Positions 1-9,253 of a DNA stretch of 64,000 bases are shown here, piece by piece. The position numbers and the translations under genes are program-made. Source of the DNA: a virus; the IMG/VR virus record IMGVR_UViG_3300025809_002164, positions 82,037 to 146,036 of that record, one strand, 5' to 3'. The notes beneath the pieces were generated by a model, which was given only the letters and a program-made list of their open reading frames with translations, was not told the DNA's origin and ran no database searches. Positions within the stretch are counted from its first letter, which is position 1; the number at the start of each line of letters is the position of its first letter.

Positions 1-636
1 TATCCAATAGTTTCTAATTAATATCTGCCTAGCTATATTGTAGTCGCATCCAGTTTTTTGACAAAGAAGATACATTTCTGTAAAAAATTGTACTTTAATT
101 GAATAAAAGCTATTGGCGAACAGTTTTGCTGACTCAGATTCCGTACTCTTACATTTAGTAATTCTAGCCCAAGGGTAGTTGATGGAGTGAAAATCAACGA
201 CTAGATTGTAGTGTTCACTTGAGCATAGCTTGGTCCTTCCTAAAACGATATGTTTTTGATTATGGTAATCTTCTTTGGCGGTTCTGGCTGTTAGAAATTC
301 TGGGTTATGAATTATATTTAAATTTGTATAGACCTCGGCAAACTCTTTACAAGATCCTGGTTCCAAGGTGCTTTTGCATATAACACTACCTTTAAATTTT
401 TTTTTATTTAAGTAATCTAGATTTTCCAAAATAGATTCTTTATTATAAGCTTGTAGTTTATTGTCGTAGGGTGTGGGTAGGCAAAGAAAAATTAATTCAG
501 ACACTAAAAGTTCTTCTAGGGTGCTGGCGCATTTTTTAAATTTATCATAAGATAGGACCTTTATTTTTTTCTTCTTAAAGCTTTCTGTCATTGCCCTTCC
601 GACGAATCCAGTTCCAATTACACCAACTGTAGTCAT
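1..636 (-). CDS. ugd: UDP-glucose/GDP-mannose 6-dehydrogenase (C-terminus runs off the window; missing from ORF track)
   Basis: Hand translation from ATG at 636: MTTVGVIGTGFVG (GxGxxG), LCLPTP, CKST, HNPEFL, AKLFANSF. ATGA overlap with the stop of the upstream gene. Confidence 0.9.
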   Translation of the reverse strand, partial: MTTVGVIGTGFVGRAMTESFKKKKIKVLSYDKFKKCASTLEELLVSELIFLCLPTPYDNKLQAYNKESILENLDYLNKKKFKGSVICKSTLEPGSCKEFAEVYTNLNIIHNPEFLTARTAKEDYHNQKHIVLGRTKLCSSEHYNLVVDFHSINYPWARITKCKSTESESAKLFANSFYSIKVQFFTEMYLLCQKTGCDYNIARQILIRNYWI

Positions 637-1253
637 TGTATCTTTTCGTAAAATTTATTCTGTCTTTCCTGGCGATCAATACTCTTAATGTGTGTTAATG
701 CATATTCTATTGTTTCGGGTAGCTTCACTCCGGTTTTGGCTCCAGTAATAATTTCGTGAACTTTGTTTTCCCATTTAATATTGAAATTATTCTTGAAAAT
801 TCTGTATTGATAATCAGGCCAGTTGACCCATTTATTCTCAGTGACCTTCCATTCCCATTTTTTAATATGAGCTTCAGTTAATCCATTAACTACATTGATT
901 CTTGGAACTAAAAATAGGTCAACATCTAGGTTCGACTCCAGTATCTTGTGCAAATTAATTACCGTTTCATCTGCAGGTATTTCGTCGGCATCGATTTGGA
1001 ATATATAATCTCCTTTGCATAATTTTTTTAGATTATTTTTAAATGCTGCAAAATTACCATTGAGCTTAAATGTGTTTTTTTTAAGTTTGAATTTTCTTAA
1101 AACGCTGGAAACTTCTTTTGTGTGATTGTCTTTATCTAATTGAACTACGATTTCGTCATCTTCTCTTTTTGATGAGGTCAGCATTTTGAGTAAAGACTCT
1201 AGTTCTGTGTGTTCATTGCATGCGGTAATTGCGTAGCTTATTTTAAAGTTCAT
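633..1253 (-). CDS. GT2-family glycosyltransferase
   Basis: ISYAITACNE start, KGDYIFQIDADE (DxD), WPDYQYRIF, VHE motifs. Confidence 0.85.
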   Translation of the reverse strand: MNFKISYAITACNEHTELESLLKMLTSSKREDDEIVVQLDKDNHTKEVSSVLRKFKLKKNTFKLNGNFAAFKNNLKKLCKGDYIFQIDADEIPADETVINLHKILESNLDVDLFLVPRINVVNGLTEAHIKKWEWKVTENKWVNWPDYQYRIFKNNFNIKWENKVHEIITGAKTGVKLPETIEYALTHIKSIDRQERQNKFYEKIQ

Positions 1254-1256
1254 TAT

Positions 1257-2111
1257 TTATTGTATTTTGTGTCCTTGGGTTTTCAACAAAAATCTATTCC
1301 ATTTATTTTCTAACATATGCTCTTGATGTTTTACGACTTGATCCTCGTTCTCCCATTTTGTTTGATTGATTGTTACTGATGGGCGAATGGAGGGTATGAA
1401 ATATATTGGAGCTAACCCTCTCAACTTGTCACAGAAATGCCAATGCTCTAACTGACCTTCGGAAAACCATTCAGCCTGATTAAAGTATTCACTCTTAATA
1501 AAAACAAAACCTCCAAATGATCTGTACACATCGATTGGTTTATTCTGATTAAATAACTCTCTATCAAGCTTGCGGTAGAATGGGTTGGAGCTCCAAGTCA
1601 TGCATTGATTTAAGTCGTGATCAACTAGGCTCCAGCTATCATAGTACGAGGTTAAATCTCTTGATCCCATTTTACAAGGAACATTTTGTCTAATGTTTGG
1701 TGTAAGCATTGAGAAATTTAAATTCAAAAAATTGAAATAATCATTAATTATATTTGGACTAAACTCTACATCGCTATCGAGCACGATTGTAAAATCAGAA
1801 TCAACAGGTTTGCCTAGTGCGGCCATGCTATTTCTAATTTTAGCCATCTTTACAACCCTAGCTGACTCCATTGTTGAGCCGTAAGATTTTTCGTTTAAGG
1901 TTTCAGACTTTAGCTCGCCGTTCTTATTCTCAATCCACTCGGATAAAATTCTAGCAGTATTATCTTTCGAGTCATTTTCGTAAAAAAAATATTCAAATTC
2001 TGCATTTGTAATATCCTCCATCAAGTCTAGTGATGATAAAGTTTTATCTATGTAATCCTCTGAATCTCTAAATAAACTAAAAACGGAAATTCGGTATTTT
2101 TTTATTGACAT
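1257..2111 (-). CDS. GT-A fold glycosyltransferase (Anp1/CAP59-like)
   Basis: YENDSKDNT, RN, VLDSDV (DxD), YYDSW, SFGG, EHWHFC pattern. Confidence 0.7.
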   Translation of the reverse strand: MSIKKYRISVFSLFRDSEDYIDKTLSSLDLMEDITNAEFEYFFYENDSKDNTARILSEWIENKNGELKSETLNEKSYGSTMESARVVKMAKIRNSMAALGKPVDSDFTIVLDSDVEFSPNIINDYFNFLNLNFSMLTPNIRQNVPCKMGSRDLTSYYDSWSLVDHDLNQCMTWSSNPFYRKLDRELFNQNKPIDVYRSFGGFVFIKSEYFNQAEWFSEGQLEHWHFCDKLRGLAPIYFIPSIRPSVTINQTKWENEDQVVKHQEHMLENKWNRFLLKTQGHKIQ

Positions 2112-2259
2112 AATCTATAATCTATATATAATCTATAGTATTATATTACCAAGGACATATATAGTCTATTTATTATTAATATATATTATATATAACCTAT
2201 TAAAGTACAGAGTACTTTATTTTCCGATAATTGATTAATTGAAAAGCATGATTATAATC

Positions 2260-2288
2260 TTGACTTTACTTATTTTATGAGGTAATAT
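2260..2288 (+). promoter_or_regulatory. sigma70-type promoter
   Basis: TTGACT-N17-TAATAT, 12 nt before ATG 2301 in a divergent AT-rich gap. Confidence 0.65.
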
Positions 2289-2300
2289 ATAAACCATATT

Positions 2301-2585
2301 ATGAATAACGAAATCAAAAACTATATTGTTTCTTCTGCAGGATGGGAGCTCACCGTTGACCACACAGATCATGAATCTGCGGCCACATCAGCATTGATAA
2401 TGGCAATGTCTATATTTGGTGACAACCTGAAGGTTTCAACCGTAATGATGGTAGATGTTGTGAATTCAGATGGAAATACAAACACTTCACTGACTGAGTT
2501 CGTTCCTACATATCTGGCATTCAAAAGAATGGGAGCCCTCGCTATATCTAAAGATTTGAAGGAAATAACTATATCGACTAATTAA
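2301..2585 (+). CDS. hypothetical protein
   Basis: 94-aa ORF behind a promoter, 3 nt from the next gene. Confidence 0.7.
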   Translation: MNNEIKNYIVSSAGWELTVDHTDHESAATSALIMAMSIFGDNLKVSTVMMVDVVNSDGNTNTSLTEFVPTYLAFKRMGALAISKDLKEITISTN

Positions 2586-2588
2586 TTA

Positions 2589-3128
2589 ATGAAATTAAAT
2601 ATATTGAAAAACTCAGGATCAATTAAGATACCTAAAAACAACGGAGATGCGGGGTACGACTTAATAGCTTCTAGTGACCCTAGGGTTGTAGGATCTATAT
2701 ACCAAGGTCTTTACTATACATCCATATCGCACATAGAATATGATACTGAAATTAAAATTCAACCAGAATTAATTAATGAAAAATACGAATTCTTCATGTT
2801 AATGTTCCCTAGGTCTAGCATCAATAAAACAAACCTACATTTAGCTAACTCTGTAGGGGTTATAGACTCTGGATATACCGGAACAATTAAAGTATGCTTT
2901 AAATATTCGATGCAACCTGAGGATATGAAAATAGTTGAAGGCAAAACCTTTAGGGGCAATAATTCAAAAGGTATAGTTTGTTCAATAAATCCTCAAAGAA
3001 TCTACCAAAAAGGGGACAAAATTTCTCAACTTATTCCTTGCAAACATGAAGATCTTTTAATAAACTATGTAGATGAACTTAATCAATCATCAAGAAGTAG
3101 TAATGGATTTGGGAGCACAGGAAAATGA
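2589..3128 (+). CDS. dut: trimeric dUTPase
   Basis: All five motifs: AGYDL, PRSS, GVIDSGYTG, GDKISQL, GFGSTG. Confidence 0.95.
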   Translation: MKLNILKNSGSIKIPKNNGDAGYDLIASSDPRVVGSIYQGLYYTSISHIEYDTEIKIQPELINEKYEFFMLMFPRSSINKTNLHLANSVGVIDSGYTGTIKVCFKYSMQPEDMKIVEGKTFRGNNSKGIVCSINPQRIYQKGDKISQLIPCKHEDLLINYVDELNQSSRSSNGFGSTGK

Positions 3129-3727
3129 ATAAACTAAAACAGCTAGAGGACAATGTGTTAATCTCTCATATTAAAAATCAGTCAAATACTGAAGAATGTC
3201 TTTCTGAGTTAGTGAATAGGCATTCAGGTTTATGTATATCAATGATAAATGGATATGTATCCAGTAAGGACAACGAGAGCTTAAGGCTTGAATTAATTAA
3301 AGAAAAAGAGTACCAAATCTACAATTCCGCATTAAAATTTGACCCACTAAAAGGATCTAAATTTAGTACATATCTTGGCAATGAAATAAAATGGAAATGC
3401 TTAAATATTTACAATAAAAATAAAAAACGAAAAACCATACAGGTTGAAGAGAACTTGATTAATTACTTAAATTATCACAATCAGGAAGAAAAAAGTGTTG
3501 ACAATAGTGAGATTTTTGGTAATATAATACAACAAGCAAAATCACACTCAGATCCAAGAGTGTTTGAGATTTTCACATTAAGATATGTCGAAGGAAAAAA
3601 CAATTCAGTAATGCCATGGAAGAATATAAGTTCAAAACTTAAGATGAGCATACAGGGTTGCATAAACATACACGACTTAGCACTAAAACAATTTTCTACA
3701 AAAATCAAAAGAGAGATAAACCAATAA
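3125..3727 (+). CDS. phage RNA polymerase sigma-factor-like protein
   Basis: Region-2-like KFDPLKGSKFSTY; C-terminal region-4-like HTH (IFTLRY...WKNISSKLKMSIQGCINIH). Confidence 0.75.
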   Translation: MNKLKQLEDNVLISHIKNQSNTEECLSELVNRHSGLCISMINGYVSSKDNESLRLELIKEKEYQIYNSALKFDPLKGSKFSTYLGNEIKWKCLNIYNKNKKRKTIQVEENLINYLNYHNQEEKSVDNSEIFGNIIQQAKSHSDPRVFEIFTLRYVEGKNNSVMPWKNISSKLKMSIQGCINIHDLALKQFSTKIKREINQ

Positions 3728-4161
3728 TGATGAACAAATACATAGCCATAGGCAACTTAACGCAAGATCCACAATGCAAGGATGTTGGAGAAACTAAAGT
3801 TTGTAACTTTGGTATAGCAATAAACGAATTCTTTTATAAGAATCAACAAAAACAAAAAACTACACTATTTATAGATATAGAAACATGGAGCAAGCAGGCT
3901 GAAAACTGTGTTAAGTTTCTAAAGAAAGGCAGCAAGGTTGCGGTAGAGGGTAAATTAAAAATGAACTCATGGGAAAAGAACGGCCAAAAGTTTACAAAAG
4001 TTTTTTGTTTGTCTGATAAGGTACACTTCTTAGGGTCTGACGAACAGAACTCAACGAAAGCTCCTAATGCTAAAGAAGCAAAGAAAGAGGTCTCCCTTTC
4101 CTCGAGCTCAACTAGCAATAATGATGTCGATGATGTTGATATAGACGACATACCTTTTTAA
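3727..4161 (+). CDS. ssb: single-stranded DNA-binding protein (start moved to 3727 or 3730)
   Basis: MNKYIAIGNLTQDP, W..QAE, LKKGSKVAVEGKL, acidic tail ending DDIPF; TAATG coupling to the sigma gene. Confidence 0.95.
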   Translation: MMNKYIAIGNLTQDPQCKDVGETKVCNFGIAINEFFYKNQQKQKTTLFIDIETWSKQAENCVKFLKKGSKVAVEGKLKMNSWEKNGQKFTKVFCLSDKVHFLGSDEQNSTKAPNAKEAKKEVSLSSSSTSNNDVDDVDIDDIPF

Positions 4162-4163
4162 TA

Positions 4164-5255
4164 ATGGAAAACATAATATACAAAGGTGCAATAAACTCAT
4201 TAAGCTTTGGTAATGTATCTTACAATATACTAAGAGAACTTTACAGAAAGAAAACAAATGTTGCCTTTTTTCCAATAGGAGAAAACTTAGACTTTAGTGC
4301 GTTTGATAAAGTAGATCAAGGGTTTAGGGATTGGGTTATATCTATCTCTCAGAATAGATTCCATTTAGTAAATAAAGATTATCACACATTAACTCAGTGG
4401 CATATTAATGGGGCAGAAAATAGAATATCTAAAAGCCAGACATTATTCTCTTTTTATGAGACAGACCAACCCACCCCAACAGAGAAAGCTCTAGTCGGCC
4501 TCCAGGATAACTGTATATTTTCCAGCAAGCATGCATACGACTCGTTTAAGAGTGTTGGCTGTGATAACATACACTATGTACCTATCGGCTTCGACGAAGA
4601 CTTTACAGCTAGCAATGATGAGTACCTACCCAATAAGGTACACTTTGGTTTAAGTGGCAAATTTGAGAAAAGAAAAAATACCGCCCAGATAATTAGAAAT
4701 TGGGCCAAAAAATATGGAAATAATTTTGACTACCAACTCTCATGCTGTATAACTAATCCGTTCTTTAAACCAGAGCAAATGAACCAAGTTATCAATCAAA
4801 CCTTAGAGGGTAAAACTTATGGCAACATAAACTTTTTACCTAGATTAAAAACCAATTCTGAGGTTAACGAATTAATAAATGCGGTAGACATTGACCTTAC
4901 AGGGCTTAGTGGAGCTGAAGGCTGGAACCTTCCAGCCTTTAATTCGACCGCTTTAGGTAAGTGGAGCATAGTGATGAACCACACATCTCACAAGGATTGG
5001 GCTAATAAGAAAAATTGCATATTGGTCGAGCCAGACAATGTGGTTGATATATACGATGGATCTTTCTTTACTAAGGGTTCGCCGTTTAATCAAGGAACCA
5101 TGAATATGATTTCAGATGAAAAAATGTTAGACTGTTTCGAGAAATCTGAAAAGTTTTATGGAAAAAAGAATAAAGAAGGTTTAAAATTACAAGAACAATT
5201 CACATATAAACAAACATTAAATAATATATTAGAAATTATAAACAATGAAAAATAA
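4164..5255 (+). CDS. GT4-like (GT-B) glycosyltransferase
   Basis: SFGNVS, YET, VPIGFD, GKFEKRKN, SGAEGWNLP. Confidence 0.8.
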   Translation: MENIIYKGAINSLSFGNVSYNILRELYRKKTNVAFFPIGENLDFSAFDKVDQGFRDWVISISQNRFHLVNKDYHTLTQWHINGAENRISKSQTLFSFYETDQPTPTEKALVGLQDNCIFSSKHAYDSFKSVGCDNIHYVPIGFDEDFTASNDEYLPNKVHFGLSGKFEKRKNTAQIIRNWAKKYGNNFDYQLSCCITNPFFKPEQMNQVINQTLEGKTYGNINFLPRLKTNSEVNELINAVDIDLTGLSGAEGWNLPAFNSTALGKWSIVMNHTSHKDWANKKNCILVEPDNVVDIYDGSFFTKGSPFNQGTMNMISDEKMLDCFEKSEKFYGKKNKEGLKLQEQFTYKQTLNNILEIINNEK

Positions 5256-5451
5256 TTACACACTAAGAGAAGAGGGTAACAGAATATTCATGTGCTGCGG
5301 CAAGGCTGGATGCCCGAGCGTAGCTCTAAGCGATGAAGGTCTTATTGAAATTACTGATGATTTTGGAAACACAGTTAAAATGAAAACTCAAGAGGCTGAA
5401 CTCATTAAGGGTGCGGTAGAAAAACTTTCCAAAAGCACCAGCAAAGATTAG
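5245..5451 (+). CDS. small Cys-motif protein
   Basis: MCCGKAGCPSV...ITDDFG; similar to next ORF. Confidence 0.7.
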   Translation: MKNNYTLREEGNRIFMCCGKAGCPSVALSDEGLIEITDDFGNTVKMKTQEAELIKGAVEKLSKSTSKD

Positions 5452-5452
5452 A

Positions 5453-5671
5453 GTGAAAAAGCCTAGCAACGAAGTTATATTATGCTGTCCTTCTGTACCA
5501 TGGAATCCATGTTGCCCGTCTCTAAAAATAAATGAAGAGAAGAGTAAGTTTACAATAACTGATGACTATGACAAGACCATAACAATAGACAATAAAGATA
5601 TACCTAAATTAATAAATGACATTAATAGAATTACTAGCATGCATATCCCTAATGTGGATAATCAAGGATAG
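5453..5671 (+). CDS. small Cys-motif protein, paralogue of the preceding gene (GTG start)
   Basis: LCCPSVPWNPCCPSL...ITDDYD. Confidence 0.65.
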   Translation: MKKPSNEVILCCPSVPWNPCCPSLKINEEKSKFTITDDYDKTITIDNKDIPKLINDINRITSMHIPNVDNQG

Positions 5672-5951
5672 TTATATAACTTTAAAACCTAGAGAATTTT
5701 TAAAATCTAAATCTAAATTCTTAAATAAATTATTAAGCTGTTCACTATGCCTTGGATTCTGGATAGGCTTTATACCAGTATTAGTAGATATGTTCTTATT
5801 AAATTTCCAGCCAACAAATAAAGAAATTGCAAGAGTAAGCTTTTACCCTCTAGCGACAGCAGGAGCATGCTGGGTTGCCGATTCATTACTCAATATGGTT
5901 CAAGAAATATGGGTATATTACAAGAACATAAGAGAAGAAAATAATAAATAA
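5616..5951 (+). CDS. small membrane protein, DUF1360-like
   Basis: Three hydrophobic segments and LLSCSLCLGFWIG (CxxC..FW). Confidence 0.6.
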   Translation: MTLIELLACISLMWIIKDSYITLKPREFLKSKSKFLNKLLSCSLCLGFWIGFIPVLVDMFLLNFQPTNKEIARVSFYPLATAGACWVADSLLNMVQEIWVYYKNIREENNK

Positions 5952-5952
5952 T

Positions 5953-5980
5953 TTGAAAAACAAAACATAAAAAATATTAT
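5953..5980 (+). promoter_or_regulatory. possible sigma70-type promoter, leaderless
   Basis: TTGAAA-N16-TATTAT ending 5 nt before ATG 5986; very AT-rich so may be chance. Confidence 0.4.
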
Positions 5981-5985
5981 AAAAT

Positions 5986-6414
5986 ATGAACTTAGAAATC
6001 GACCCAAGATACAGTACATATTCACTCTCTATAATACTTCACTTAATTCACAATAATGAAGATTACAAGAATGAGTGGATTAAAAAATACCCCAAAACAG
6101 AAAGCTTCGCTACAAACTTTTTTAATAACGAAAATTGCGGATGCAGACCCAAGCTAGTAAGTCAATACAAAAAAGACAGATTTCATGCAGACGTAATGAC
6201 GGTAAATTTTATAAATTCAAACGAAGATGTAATTGATTTCGATAAGTTCTGCGAAGAGAATGGGGGGCAAGATTTAACTGGTCATGTTTTTGCAATTCCA
6301 GCATCAGAAGGTCACTATCAGGATTTTCTTGCAGCAATTCAACAAAAAAATGCAACTTTCTCTCATTTTAACACAATCCAGATTAACGAAAAGATATTGT
6401 TAACATTTTTCTAA
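5986..6414 (+). CDS. hypothetical protein
   Basis: 142-aa ORF, NCGCRP motif, TAATG coupling to next gene. Confidence 0.7.
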   Translation: MNLEIDPRYSTYSLSIILHLIHNNEDYKNEWIKKYPKTESFATNFFNNENCGCRPKLVSQYKKDRFHADVMTVNFINSNEDVIDFDKFCEENGGQDLTGHVFAIPASEGHYQDFLAAIQQKNATFSHFNTIQINEKILLTFF

Positions 6415-6794
6415 TGCCTATTTATACATTTTCTCACCCCAAGAGCGGAAAAACTATTGATTTATTCTTCTCTATGAAGGATGAAAAAAAATATACCGAC
6501 AGCGATGGAACTAGCTGGATAAGGGAGTATTTATCACCACAATTAAACACTAGCGGATCAGTGGACCCATGGGACAGTAAGAGTTTTGTAAGTAAAACTA
6601 ACAACAAAGGAACATTAGGAGATTTACTAGACAGAAGCTCCGACCTGTCAAGTGCTAGAGCCCAGCAAAACGGCGGGGTGGACCCTGTTAAGGAAAAATA
6701 TTACGAAAACTATTCTAAAGAACGTAATGGAGCAACTCATAGAGATAAAATCCCAAAAACTTTCGAAAATAAACACATAAAAATAGATACATGA
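6414..6794 (+). CDS. conserved phage protein with FmdB-like N-terminus (Zn ligands absent)
   Basis: MPIYTFSHPKSG...FFSM...WIR start. Confidence 0.5.
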   Translation: MPIYTFSHPKSGKTIDLFFSMKDEKKYTDSDGTSWIREYLSPQLNTSGSVDPWDSKSFVSKTNNKGTLGDLLDRSSDLSSARAQQNGGVDPVKEKYYENYSKERNGATHRDKIPKTFENKHIKIDT

Positions 6795-7339
6795 GTATAC
6801 AAATATATAAGCCCAATAAAAGTAACTCAGGGTTTGCTTTCAGTTTTTATACTGGAGAAAACTTCAAAGATAAATCTCCGATATTATTTATTAATGCCAT
6901 AGCTCAACACTCTTGGGACGATTCAAGAAAGGTTGGTTCATTTTCTGGGAACAAAAAAAACCAAGAAAAAAATATAAGTATTAAATTCAATCAATTCGAG
7001 TGCGGGTCAATAGTTAGCTCTATAATCAACAGGTTCGAGTGGAATACATATCACTCATTTGAAGATAATAGAACCCAAATAAAGCTATCTCCATGGGATA
7101 AAGAAATATCAACAACTAGAATTAATCAAAAGACAAAAGAATCATATCAAGAAAAGTATAAAGTTCCCGCATTCGGTCTATCTATAACAAGAAATGGAAG
7201 CCAGACATTTAAAATACCGCTAGAGCCTGGAGAAGCTCAATGCTTAAGAATTTTATGTGAAGAAATCGTAAAAAAATCTTGTGAGCATAATGTTTATAAA
7301 TCTACAAAAAAGGTAGAGCCAGAAGAATACGAATTTTAA
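6791..7339 (+). CDS. hypothetical protein (beta-rich, possibly nucleic-acid binding)
   Basis: 182-aa coupled ORF with acidic C-terminus; function not recognised. Confidence 0.6.
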   Translation: MSIQIYKPNKSNSGFAFSFYTGENFKDKSPILFINAIAQHSWDDSRKVGSFSGNKKNQEKNISIKFNQFECGSIVSSIINRFEWNTYHSFEDNRTQIKLSPWDKEISTTRINQKTKESYQEKYKVPAFGLSITRNGSQTFKIPLEPGEAQCLRILCEEIVKKSCEHNVYKSTKKVEPEEYEF

Positions 7340-9253
7340 ATGAAAAAATTAAAAGTATTAATTCACAGCAATCACTCTCGAGCTAAAACAGGTTTTGGTA
7401 AACATTTAAAAAACTTAATCACATATTTGTATAAAACAAAAAAATACGATATCATAGAATTAGCAAACGGCAAACAAGAAAACGATCCTTCTCTTGCTAC
7501 TATGCCTTGGAAATGCCTAGGCTCTCTACCTAGTGACCCTAGATTAATACAGGAATGTAACTCAGATCCCAACAAGGGCAGGCTGGCCAGTTACGGCCAC
7601 TACATGATAGATCAAGCGATCAAGAATGAAAAGCCTGATGTGTATTTAGGGGTAGAAGATATATGGGGCTTAGAGGGGTTATGGAAAAAAAAGTGGTGGA
7701 AAAAAATACACTCAATAGTATGGACCCCCATTGATAGTGTTCCGTTATTGGATAAACATATAGAGGGTGCATTAAATTCCAAGAAGATGATAGTTCAAGC
7801 TTCCTTTGCGATGAAAGCTCTAGAGGAAAAGGGTATAAAAAATACAGAGCTACTCCCGGTACCCCTAGACCCATCTAATTTTTTCAAGATAAGCGATACT
7901 GATAAACTAAATCTAAGACTTTTAAATAGTATAGGCAAGGATGACTTTATAATCGGTTTTGTTTTTCGCAATCAACTGAGGAAAAGTGTACCAAACCTAC
8001 TAGAAGGATTTAAAACTTTTATTAAAAATAATCCTGGAACAAATGCAAAATTATTATTCCACACACACTGGAATGAAGGCTGGGACATTCCGAGGTTATT
8101 AAAAGAAAAAAACATAGATCCTAAATTAGTATTAACCACTTACTTTTGTGATAAATGTAATAAATATGAAATAAAACCATTCTCAGGCCAGGAACTAGAC
8201 TGCAAGTTTTGCGGATCTAAAAAGTCCCAACAGACATCTCAAATAAACAGGGGAGTTTCCGAGTCTCAATTGAATGAAATTTACAATTTAATGGATGTAT
8301 ATTGCCATCCATTTACATCAGGAGGTCAAGAGATACCAATCCAAGAAGCGAAACTTTGTGAAATTATAACCCTAGTTACTAATTATTCATGCGGAGAAGA
8401 TTACAGTTCTATAGAATCTGGAGGCCTACCATTAACTTGGAGTGAATACAGAGAGCCAGGGACTCAATTCATTAAAGCTTCAACCGATAGCTCTAGTATA
8501 GAGTCTCAGTTAAAAGTTGTTTTTAATATGAGTAAAAAAGATAGAAGTTCCATGGGCAAGATTGCAAGAAAATTCACTATAGATTTTTGCTCAATTGATT
8601 CCGTTTGCTCTAAGTTTGATGATATTATATCTACAGTCACTCCCTCCGATTGGGATTTCAATCTAGATTACGAAGTTAAGAACGACACATACAATCCCCC
8701 TGAAATCAAAGAGGACAGAGAGTGGGTTATTGATTTGTATAAAAATATACTTAAAATTAATGCAGAGGAGGAGGATGTGGCTGGAATAAACCATTGGGTC
8801 TCCAGGCTTAAATCAGACTTAAACAGGCAGGCAGTCTATAATTATTTTATAGATGTAGCCAGAAAAGATAACTCAGAAAATAATAAAGTTCCATTTGAGG
8901 AGACCTTAGATCCAGAAGATAAAGGCAAAAGGATACTATTTGCCTTGCCCGGCTCAAGTATAGATGTATTTAATTCAACATCTTTATTGAAATATATAAA
9001 AGACAAGTACCCAGATAATAATATTTATTATGCCACTGATAAAGAAAATTTTGAAATTCTTTTTGGTAACCCATATATACATAAATTAATTCAATACGAC
9101 CCAATAATGGAAAATTTTTCATGGGCAGAAGGTCAAGGATCTCACGAAGGGTTCTTCAATTTTGTATTAATACCCCACACCAACACCCATAAGGCTCCTA
9201 ACTTTATACACGGAGATAAACATAAAATAGAATACGATATAAATTATGCATAA
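7340..9253 (+). CDS. multidomain glycosyltransferase: GT4 + Zn ribbon + DUF4214-like + GT9 N-lobe-like
   Basis: TGFG, FRNQLRKS, SGGQEIPIQEA; CDKC..CKFC; WVIDLYKNIL..GINHW..L; DVFNSTSLLKYIKDKYP..GNPYIH. Confidence 0.75.
   Translation: MKKLKVLIHSNHSRAKTGFGKHLKNLITYLYKTKKYDIIELANGKQENDPSLATMPWKCLGSLPSDPRLIQECNSDPNKGRLASYGHYMIDQAIKNEKPDVYLGVEDIWGLEGLWKKKWWKKIHSIVWTPIDSVPLLDKHIEGALNSKKMIVQASFAMKALEEKGIKNTELLPVPLDPSNFFKISDTDKLNLRLLNSIGKDDFIIGFVFRNQLRKSVPNLLEGFKTFIKNNPGTNAKLLFHTHWNEGWDIPRLLKEKNIDPKLVLTTYFCDKCNKYEIKPFSGQELDCKFCGSKKSQQTSQINRGVSESQLNEIYNLMDVYCHPFTSGGQEIPIQEAKLCEIITLVTNYSCGEDYSSIESGGLPLTWSEYREPGTQFIKASTDSSSIESQLKVVFNMSKKDRSSMGKIARKFTIDFCSIDSVCSKFDDIISTVTPSDWDFNLDYEVKNDTYNPPEIKEDREWVIDLYKNILKINAEEEDVAGINHWVSRLKSDLNRQAVYNYFIDVARKDNSENNKVPFEETLDPEDKGKRILFALPGSSIDVFNSTSLLKYIKDKYPDNNIYYATDKENFEILFGNPYIHKLIQYDPIMENFSWAEGQGSHEGFFNFVLIPHTNTHKAPNFIHGDKHKIEYDINYA

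Noticed and set aside
3658-3726. N-terminal extension of SSB
   Set aside because: Overlaps the sigma gene; the SSB fold starts at 3727/3730.
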